NCBI GenBank assembly: GCA_910592345.1
Contig: CAJVPI010000026.1
Location: forward strand, 57,673-77,672
DNA length: 20,000 nucleotides
Origin: Paraglomus brasilianum
Taxonomy: Eukaryota
Direction of reading: 5' to 3'
Positions 11,700 to 20,000 of this stretch are shown here, piece by piece (positions within the stretch are counted from its first letter, which is position 1; every line of letters starts with the position of its first letter). Under the pieces are notes generated by a model, which was not told the DNA's origin, made no database searches, and saw only the letters and a list, made by a program, of their open reading frames with translations. Made by a program: the position numbers and the translations under genes.

Positions 11700-11786
11700 T
11701 GTTGTGTCTGAGTTTGGGACCTGTCTCAGTTTGGAACCCAGTCACTCAGTCCAGAACTCAGTTGTCTCAGTCCAGATCTAAGACAG
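11700..11786. mobile_element. Second, inverted and truncated copy of the 9932-10039 miniature element
   Basis: 11700-11786 matches the reverse complement of 9953-10039 at 82/87 positions. It begins TGTTGTG; similarity is lost after 11786. Confidence 0.8.
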
Positions 11787-12112
11787 AAATCAATTCAACT
11801 TCCTGGATCCAGCGACCACTAGATCTTGCTGTGTATTTCGAGACATTTAATTTTAACCAAGACATCGCAAGGATAAGTATCGCTCTTCATGATTGTTTGG
11901 TAACTGTCAACTAATCACGTTAGTATCTATAACACTGAACAGGATCTAGTTAACCTTGGAGGTAGATCGACAACCCTTAATATTGATCCTTTGCCGTCAA
12001 AACCAGTAATAGCTGATAAAAAGTCAACCAGTACTACACGAACTATCGTCAGCGTTGTTCAATATTAAATAATGAATGTGTTTCGCTTGCCTGTAACGTT
12101 ATTGTTATGGAT

Positions 12113-12118
12113 AAAAAA
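12113..12118 (-). terminator. RNA polymerase III oligo-T terminator of tRNA-Lys
   Basis: T6 run on the minus strand 5 nt after the discriminator base. Confidence 0.75.
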
Positions 12119-12123
12119 TTTTA

Positions 12124-12196
12124 CGCCCTGAGAGGGGCTCGAACCCTCGACTTTAAGGTTAAAAGCCTCACGCTCTACCGACTGAGCTATCAGGGC
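12124..12196 (-). tRNA. tRNA-Lys (anticodon UUU), intronless
   Basis: Reverse complement GCCCTGATAGCTCAGTCGGTAGAGCGTGAGGCTTTTAACCTTAAAGTCGAGGGTTCGAGCCCCTCTCAGGGCG, 73 nt: acceptor stem GCCCTGA/TCAGGGC, D-arm, anticodon loop CT-TTT-AA, T-loop GTTCGAG. Confidence 0.97.
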
Positions 12197-12818
12197 TAAC
12201 AGTGCAAGCCTCTGGATTATTTTATTATTCAACTAAACAATCCAATGAAAATTTTTGCCGACACAACTACTTGCCCACGTTAAGACGAGATTTTTTCCAA
12301 GTCTGGAAGATCATATATTGTTTAGTCTTTTTCGGGCAAATTTGAGCTATTACCAGGATATCTTATTTATTGAAAGCTAGGTTAAAACGATACATAAATC
12401 GAACATGACAGTGACAATTCTCTACTATTAAATTTAATACATGGAAATAAAACATATAGCGTTGCATATACCATATTTGATGTGTTCAAACGTGCAAACG
12501 CACTAAAATTGAATTCAGAAAAAAAGGAGAAAAGCTTCTAACGTAAAAGCTATCTTGTTACTCGTGACAAGAAACAGTGCATTACTAATTACTAACTAGT
12601 AAGCGTATTGTTTAAATTTGAGAACTAATAATCATAATCATTGCCAAATGTTAAAAAACACGTCTTCCACATTACCAGATTTCATGCATAAATCTTATTC
12701 TAATAAGAAGCTACTTCTTTAGGGGGTTTATAGTATTCTAAGAGTCGGTCTCTTCTTTTAATTGTTATGCGGGAGGCGAAAAAAAAGAACAGACGCTGTC
12801 CAATGTTCGTATTTGGTA

Positions 12819-13393
12819 CAAATACATTGTAAAAAACGTTCAATTTCGTCAACAGAGAAGTCGATTAAAGGAATATTATAACAGTATAAACTGTTGATTT
12901 ATTGCAAATACATTGTAAAAACATGAGGTTTTCCGTCTTTGTCAATTTCGTCAAGATTAAAGTAATATTATAAACAATATAAACTGTCGAATAAACTACT
13001 GCTTGCACACAAATACCATAACTGATTAAATATTCAACAAGTCTAAATCAAATGTTCCTAGCATGCATATAATTGACAAAAAATCTTTTGCCTTCGCCAA
13101 TTTCGTCAAATATTATAAACAATATAAACTGTCGAGCGAAGGCGGATTAATTATAAAAAATGTTCATGAGATTTTCCGTCTTCGCCAATTTCGTCAACAG
13201 AGAAAGTAATATTATAAACAATATAAACTGTCGAGTTAATTTCGACAGCTAAAGTAATATTATAAACAATATAAACTGTCGAGTTAATTTCGACAGTTAA
13301 AGCAATATTATAAACAATATAAACTGTCGAGTTAATTTCGACAGTTAAAGTAATATTATAAACAATATAAACTGTCGAGCGAAGCGGATTAAT
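12819..13393. repeat. Modular minisatellite: near-perfect 48-bp tandem units at 13203, 13251, 13299, 13347 (last partial) plus dispersed partial units upstream
   Basis: Unit AAAGTAATATTATAAACAATATAAACTGTCGAGTTAATTTCGACAGTT contains the hairpin AACTGTCGA-7nt-TCGACAGTT. The core recurs near 12872, 12964 and 13109. Module CAATTTCGTCAA at 12841, 12943, 13098, 13187 (approx.); CAAATACATTGTAAAAA at 12819 and 12905. Confidence 0.92.
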
Positions 13394-13785
13394 TGCTGCT
13401 TGGGGCTGTTTGGCCGAGATGTCGTGTCCGGCGTTTTACGAAGATGCTTTTTGGTTGCATGCTTGTCCGTATGTAGTTGTTTTTTGTTGTTGGATGCTGG
13501 CCTGGGAATCGATAGAGGAGATTCCGCAGGCGTGTTTGGGTTATACCGGAAATGTATCTCGGAGTTTTGCGTTCCTTTATTAGTTGCAAAACATGGTACG
13601 GTCCCAAGCTCTACACATGTGAGCAAAGTGAAACTACAAGGGACTTGCGCTGCACCGTTCGTTTCGTATGAGAATTTTTTGTTTATGCCGGAGTCTCTTA
13701 TAAACGTCCCATGTACCGGTTCCGGCTGGACAACACAGAGAGCTATGCCCCGTCCGGTATAAACTGACTGTATATATATTTGCAT
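13345..13785 (-). other. Orphan 146-aa ORF, coding status uncertain (possibly repeat-derived)
   Basis: ATG-initiated, in a locally GC-richer block, with minus-strand TATAAAA ~120 nt upstream (13900-13906). The stop lies inside the minisatellite, ORFs overlap on both strands, and I recognise no domain. Confidence 0.25.
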
Positions 13786-13797
13786 GTAAGGGTGAGA

Positions 13798-13858
13798 GGT
13801 GTTAAGAACGTGTTGGTGTTAAGAACTTGTTGGTGTTAAGAACTTGTTGGTGTTAAGC
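13798..13858. repeat. 17-bp tandem repeat GGTGTTAAGAACTTGTT, about 3.5 copies
   Basis: ggtgttaagaacgtgtt-ggtgttaagaacttgtt-ggtgttaagaacttgtt-ggtgttaag read directly. Confidence 0.92.
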
Positions 13859-14575
13859 GTTCGGTTGAACGTTGGGAATGTGATGAAAATGTGTGTTTAT
13901 TTTATAGGTTTGTGGGTGGGGGTAACACAGTTTTCGGAATATAATATTTTAATTGTCTCTTGAGTTATTAACGTTGCACATTACACAATTAATAATAATG
14001 TTAGTTTGTCGGATTGTTGGTTGGTTGTTCTATCAAGTCTGAGTTCCAGTTTGTAGCAACCTTATCTTCTTATCACTATTACACTATTCTGCTATTTGTC
14101 CATCGTGTGTATCATGCATTATCTTGCATCGGTACGGTCATTTTCTCTTTTCTAATAATGGTGAAACCACTAACCTATCAAAATGTCTGAACTTTATCAA
14201 TTGTAGGAAGGATACGTCATCATCATTCCATCCCAGTCGAGTCGCCAACTTTATGGATGGATGCTCATCATTGAAACCCTTTATTCGAGAACCTCAGGGT
14301 GAATAACTGATTTTAGAAGAAACGACTTATTTATCGGCATTAATGTGAGCTGCTGCTCTGCCGTGTGAGAATTGGATAATTTTATTAATTGCACTTCTTA
14401 TAATTCAGCACAACTTGCATTGGTTTTGGGCCAATGAATATTTTGGTAAAAGTAATTACAAAATGTTAAAGATTATAATATATTATGTGTGTTGCTACTC
14501 CAAACTAAATTACAATTTTATACAAATACAGTATACCCCAAATTAAAATGGCTTCAGGGTTCCGAACAAATTAAT

Positions 14576-16120
14576 TCAATCCTTTACTTTAAACGTCTTC
14601 TCCAATCTCGACATTTGTGATGCACGCGCATTCAATGTTAATGTTGTAGTAGTAACATAAATGCCCGACTTTTCTTCATTCCGGCTCGTTTCTGCATCGC
14701 TGTCGTAATCTGTGCTAGCCGTCTGAGTTGACGTTGTATCCTTGTCTTTGTCTGTTTCAAGCTGACCGTCATCCATATCCACATATCTCGTCTCTTCCTC
14801 TCTTTCATGACTCTCATTACCTGCTCTCCCTTCCTCTACGTCGTCCTTCTCACGTTCTCTTTCCATCTCCTTTTTTTTACCCTTGCTACGCCACGATAAC
14901 ATGTCATTAATGATTTCTCCAAACGACAAGTGCTTCATGGACACGATCGCAAGCTTATCCACGTCGATCTGTTCGATGACTGTTGATCGTGGATGCTCCA
15001 TAGATGTTCCGACTGACTGGTTATATGGAAGCGGCGTTATTATTGATTCTTGCTGTGGCGGCGGCGGAGTGGAACTGGTCTTGGGAGTGGATTGTTGGTA
15101 CGAGAAGAAAGAATCGAGAGATATTGGATGAAGAGGAGGAATAGATATGCAAATGGTTATTGCATATGATACGCTTATTTGTGCGATTGCCAAAAGCGTA
15201 GTTGATACCATTTTGTCATTTTTGTTATTCTCGGTACTGTTGTGGCCTTCGTTCCATATATTAACTGCAATCCAGAAGAGCGCCACTATTACTCGAACCA
15301 AGTTCCAGGATATGGATATGCTGTTTTTCTTCTTTTTATCACCATTTTCCAATTCATCTCCTTTTTCCTGGCAATTGACCGCAAGGTTTCTGAAGTGAAT
15401 AACAATACGGATCAACCGTAATGCGATATATAGATAGAGCATTAGATCAATTGATCGGTAAGTGTATAGTAATGGTCGATTTCCTGATAAGGGTAAACAG
15501 ACAGATGAAAGGGATGATGGGTCGTAAAGAACCGTCGGCCACAAAAGGCTGATGTAGAGAATCTTTGAACGAATGGAATGGGGATAGAAGTGTTAATTAA
15601 GTCGGTACATTGTGTGTCTTGGGTGCACATAGATCTTTACAAATAGTTAACGGAGCACTTACATTAAGAACCGACCTCAGTAATATCAATACCAATCCGA
15701 TTGACAAATCCCTAACATTTCTTTCTACTTCCCTCACTCGCCACAGAATAAAAATGGCCAAGGCTCCGTCAAACATAAAATCTCCCAATGCGTGTAGATA
15801 TATCATTGCCTTACACGAGTCATCAGACACGTTGTCTCTCGGAAACATTGTTAATGCAAATGCAAAGAGCGCTGTAATAAGCCCGACAATGTTGAGAACA
15901 ATCTTTTGAATACGAGCCATGCGCATGTTGCATGATGTTTTGGTATGTGTGAAAATGATACGGGAAGTGTTGTGAAAATAGACCTGATGTAGAATGCAAC
16001 ACTGGGTTATAAAAGCGAAGATAAAAGTCAAACATTGAGAATAGTTTATAATGTTTTGCCCACCATAGCCACTAATCCCATGACAAATCCAATATAAGTC
16101 GAGAGCTGATAATCATCCAT
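14576..16120 (-). CDS. GPCR-like 7-transmembrane protein, ~454 aa (exons 16120-16064, 15983[or 16001]-15663, 15562-14576)
   Basis: Phase-0 GT-AG introns join MDDYQLSTYIGFVMGLVAM|VYFHNTSRII...KIVLNIVGLITALFAFALTMFP...SCKAMIYLHALGDFMFDGALAIFILWRV...DLSIGLVLILLRSVLN|ILYISLLWPTV...SVCLP...IDLMLYLYIALRLIRIV...SWNLVRVIVALFWIAVNIW...LLAIAQISVSYAITICISIPP and a charged/acidic tail. Seven hydrophobic segments; Cys at the start of TM3 and in the TM4-TM5 loop. Intron 1 has two possible in-frame acceptors. Confidence 0.8.
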
Positions 16121-16300
16121 TTGGGCTCTTTCTTCCAAATATCAACCAGTACTATAATCGATGACTAGCCCTCGGCCTTTTTACTTTCTAATAAGATCAC
16201 TCAGACCTGCATTCAGTGATTTTGATAATTCTGTGTGCAAGTGTGACTTGTAGCAAGCGGGGAGGTACGTGGAAATCCTGCTACAAGTATCGGGAGTCCC

Positions 16301-16308
16301 TATTTATA
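16301..16308 (-). promoter_or_regulatory. Putative TATA box (TATAAATA) for the 14576-16120 gene
   Basis: Minus-strand gaTATAAATAgg about 180 nt upstream of the ATG. Confidence 0.4.
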
Positions 16309-17568
16309 TCATATGTTGTAAACATTGAAGAATGCCATACGTTTTAGGTTAAAGTGGAGTATACCAAGCTCACACACATTTCTGCTTAGGATTCATTGTA
16401 TCTCTTTTTTTTTTTCCATGTTTCGTTGGATATTTTTCATTCAGACAATATCAACGCGCACAGAATCGTTAATATTATTTCGAGTGTGTTACAGCAAAAC
16501 AATGCTACACAAATAGTTCAGGGGTTAAATACCCACAAATATTGTCTCACACGGGTTTCCTTTTTTAAAACTGCCACAGAAATGTCATTTGCTATTTTTG
16601 CTTCTTACGTTTAAGAGAAGTGACTATTTAATATTAAAATCAATGAATGAAAAGGTGAAACCAACTATAACAATATTAAATTTTGTCCAAAGAAATAGAC
16701 ATTCCCGCTGAGCAGTATCGATATTAATATTAAACGGAAGGCACGGGGGCGATCAGATGACAACGATGTTTAGACTTTACGTGTAGATGTAGTCATCCCC
16801 CCCGTGGTCGTCCAAATGAACTTTATGTTATTTATATTAGTAAAAATTGATTATATTAAAAGTTTGATCTTTGATTGGTCTAAGCATTGACTGTATCCAG
16901 CAAGTTAATTTGACAAAGGTCTTTGGCTTTGTTGGTACGTTCTCTCCTCTAGTTTGCTGCTTTGCTGCAATGTTTCAAGAATTTTCAAGAATTCTGTTTT
17001 GGTTCCACTTGTTTTTCTTTCTTTGTTTGGCTTTTTCCTATACAAATCCAAGCCATTGATAGGATTGAGCTAAATACGAATAAAAGAAAAGCAAATTGGT
17101 CGAGATGCTTGATAATGAATCGTGCCCGTCTATATATGGAAAGGCCAATTATAGCACTAAAATTTTAGGCGCCTAGTTTGATTAGTTCGAGATGGTAGTG
17201 AGAGGTTTTGCTGCTCAAGTTCCAATAATTAAGCTTATTATAATAATACGTTTCTCTATATGACATGTTCAAAAATGTTGCGAGAGGAAAGTTTCTCAAC
17301 TAAGAGAGCGTCGTAATAAAAACCATGGAACTTACACACCGAATATCGAAACAAGTATCGCCTTTTTATAATGTGTAACGAGATCTAATAATACAGTAAT
17401 ACCCGTGTACTTTACACTATTAAATTCATACTTTAAAGTTTGTGAATTGTTACAAATAATTTCTTTTTATCGAAACTGTTCGACAAATAAATTCATGGCC
17501 TAATTGATTTATTTCTTGCTGATTATGATATCAGTTTAAAGAAATGGTGTATATCGATATAGCATAAA

Positions 17569-17681
17569 CTATGTGGGTCTGGTTCATTTCCCCGACAATC
17601 ACTTTCCCGACAAATGTTCACCAATATTATTTCGAAATTATCCTTTTTGGTAATTAATTGTCGGGGAACCCCGGCTATGTG
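17569..17681. mobile_element. Possible ~100-bp MITE remnant with 12-bp inverted repeats and 7-bp flanking direct repeats
   Basis: CTATGTG at 17569-17575 and 17675-17681; TTCCCCGACAAT (17588-17599) and ATTGTCGGGGAA (17657-17668); extra direct subrepeat TTTCCCGACAA at 17603-17613. Confidence 0.5.
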
Positions 17682-18046
17682 TATAGCATGGCACGATTGA
17701 AGCGTAGAATAACACGCTGCCAGTCAACATGTATATGTATAACAATCGTGTTCTGAAAGATTTACGACATAGGAAATCATTTACTTATACCGAAAGAAGT
17801 TAAAGTCAGTTGTTTAACCATAATAATAACAATAATGATACGAATTAAAATAAGCTTATTTGTAATTAACTGTAATCTTGCAAAATTCAATATACTAATA
17901 CCGTATTATTTGATTACGTAAGATTTAACACTATTACTATTACTATCACTTATTGGACTCGATAACTAAGAATTTACGTCAACAAACGTTACACAGCTCG
18001 GGTTAGAAATTCATAATTCACACATTGACAAGTCTTTCTGCTTGAA

Positions 18047-19402
18047 ATGAAAGCATCTCATAGACTCGAGGTCTTGTCGCTTTATCGGGGCATTCTCAAG
18101 GAAGCATCTCTATTTTTTGATTCAGACGCAAGGTTAGAGACAATCAATGTTGGTCCGAATGAAGCTTCTATCTGCGCTGCATTCATCAGATGAAAAAGAA
18201 AACAAAACATTAATACCCCTCCTCATTACCAACAAACAGAATCTATCTAAAAGAACGTACAAAGGAAAGATTTAGAGCACACAAAGACGAAATAAATGTG
18301 CAACGAATCAAAAACCAACTTGCAGATGCTAGGAAGGTTCTACCACACCAACGATGTTACGGCAACCAGCATTTGTGACTGTTATTGATCAATTTAAAAA
18401 TCTGTAGGCATTTCATCAGCTGCAAAGAGCAAATGTATACGACGTAAAATCTGTAATGCGTATTTTGGAATTTTCTTATGGTAGACGAGGCAAGAAAAAA
18501 CATGAACTTCTCAAAGTAGGGATAATTCTCAATGGAAAAGAAACTCAATCTCTAAAAGGTCACTAGTCTCATTCTTATCCCCATTCAATTCTTCCACACC
18601 TTTCTATTCTTTGCTCTCGAAGCCTTTCATCTCCTTTCCATCCGCCGCACCCGCACCTCTTATTTCGCGTGTTCCACGCACCGCACCGCCCCGTATCCCA
18701 CCTCCTCTCCGCGCACTGCTCGCCTCACAAGTAAAATCAATTGATCCCATTCTTCCTATTCCAAAGCATAAACCACTTCACCCGCGCCGAGAGGCTAATT
18801 TGCGATGGAGACATTTTTCGAAAATAACCAAACAGGTGTTGCCACCCTTGCCTCAAGATGTGGTTAGAGAGTTGGAAGAGAAGGCAGGGAAAAATTTGGG
18901 GAATGCGGAAGTAGAAGAGAGGATGAATGATAGGCGGGAGTTGGGCGAGAAGGAAAAGAAGTATCTGGATGAGAGGAGAGAAACAGAGGATGTACCAAGG
19001 TCACCGAGAGACAAAGTTAGAAATGGAGAACCATATCATGTTGGGCGACCGCATACCCCAAGATCAAGATTAATTAGGAGATTTTATCAAAAATTGTTGG
19101 CCCAAGTTCCAGTTATGCATATGTCGATAACTGATAAAGACAAGAAAAATAGCGAAGAAAGCCGATCAACGAATCATCATGAAACTCATTCTCTCGAAGT
19201 TTTGATAAATATGCCAAACGTACAATACAAGTTTAGTAAATCTGCCTGGGCAGACAGAAGACCATTACCTCTTGTGAGCTGTGAGGATAGAGAAGGATTA
19301 GAAGACAACGAATTAGAATCGAAAAGGAAGGATAAAGGGAAGACAAAGAATGAGCGTAGAGAATCAGGACCACTAAAGAATATTAAAAAGAGTTATGTGT
19401 AA
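18047..19402 (+). CDS. LYR-motif protein, probably mitochondrial (resembles the long fungal Cup1-like LYR proteins), 356 aa (exons 18047-18132, 18240-18336, 18408-18515, 18623-19402)
   Basis: Spliced translation MKASHRLEVLSLYRGILKEASLFFDSDAR|IYLKERTKERFRAHKDEINVQRIKNQLADARK|AFHQLQRANVYDVKSVMRILEFSYGRRGKKKHELLK|PFISFPS...RREANLRWRHF...VLPPLP...RPHTPRSRLIRRFYQKLL. LYR tripeptide plus downstream 'FR' fit the Complex1_LYR pattern; intron phases 2,0,0 are consistent, 1071-nt CDS. The subfamily assignment is from memory of the YGRxG and RRxY motifs. Confidence 0.85.
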
Positions 19403-20000
19403 AAACGACAAGACATTGTGCTTTGGAGTTGGTGTGTTAGTTGGTATGTAAAGATGGTTAATGTATAATATGTAATAGACCATGCACGTGTACAGAAGCA
19501 GTCTTGTAAACTATATGCGCTGGACTTATTATGAAAAGACATCTTTTATAATAAACGTTCTAGGGAGAGGCAGCCCGGATAAGATCAAGTCTTTTGTTTT
19601 AAGAAAGTTCCAATTACTGTTTGCGCGCGCGCTTTATGAAACTCCCATTTCAAAATAGAAAAAGAGCGAGTTTACTTAATTCACATGAAGGTACATGTGA
19701 GATGGAAGAGTGACACTTCACAAATAGCGGGCTACTCTTGGCAATTACTAACGCGTGAAGGTATCCGATTCCTTTTACCTTAACGATGCTCTCATAACAG
19801 TTCTTTAAGAAAAGCAGAAAACCTTATAGCAAAAGATTATGTAAGTTCTGATAACACTTTCTTTTAGAGCATATCGGATTTTACAGGCGAACTCATTGAA
19901 ACTTTTTAATTCCCAACTTGCCCTTGACATACCAGTCATGGTTAATTCTTATTCAAAATTTTGAGTCACTAAGTGATAGGATAATAGACGACGACGTTAA

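Noticed and set aside
11699..11914. 71-aa ORF
   Set aside because: Non-ATG start inside the miniature-element copy; incidental.
12852..12860. ACAGAGAAG, resembling the U6 snRNA ACAGAGA box
   Set aside because: It is part of the repeat module (also near 13197) and no other U6 sequence is present.
12819..13393. CRISPR-like appearance (palindromic repeats with variable intervening DNA)
   Set aside because: Intervening segments are absent or are themselves repeated modules, lengths are irregular, there are no cas genes and the context is eukaryotic.
13735..13785. Ubiquitin-like start MQIYIQSVYTG
   Set aside because: Similarity is limited to ~17 residues, with no QRLIF-like core or C-terminal GG; not called as ubiquitin.
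14728..16035. ORFs 14728-14910, 14883-15131, 15147-15398, 15442-15630, 15610-15909, 15823-16035
   Set aside because: Antisense or out-of-frame overlaps of the spliced GPCR-like gene.

Overview
AT-rich eukaryotic DNA with short GT-AG introns, most consistent with an early-diverging fungus (Mucoromycota-like; inferred from intron style and gene content). I reconstructed four spliced genes by hand: the 5' part of USO1/p115 (minus, runs off the left edge); a 739-aa predicted 7-transmembrane protein with a long Ser/Pro-rich tail (minus, 1417-4040); a second, apparently unrelated ~454-aa 7TM protein with GPCR-like features (minus, 14576-16120); and a 356-aa LYR-motif protein (plus, 18047-19402). 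The ~10.5 kb between the two 7TM genes has no convincing host protein gene. It holds an intronless tRNA-Lys(UUU) and a cluster of repeats: an internally deleted DD34D mariner, two inverted copies of a ~108-bp palindromic TGT...ACA miniature element (one with a 4-bp TSD), a modular hairpin minisatellite, and an orphan ORF that shares an exact 22-mer with a direct-repeat-flanked segment upstream of USO1. I found no CRISPR array and no clear new biological system. The best leads are the two orphan 7TM candidates and the unusual mobile-element remnants.
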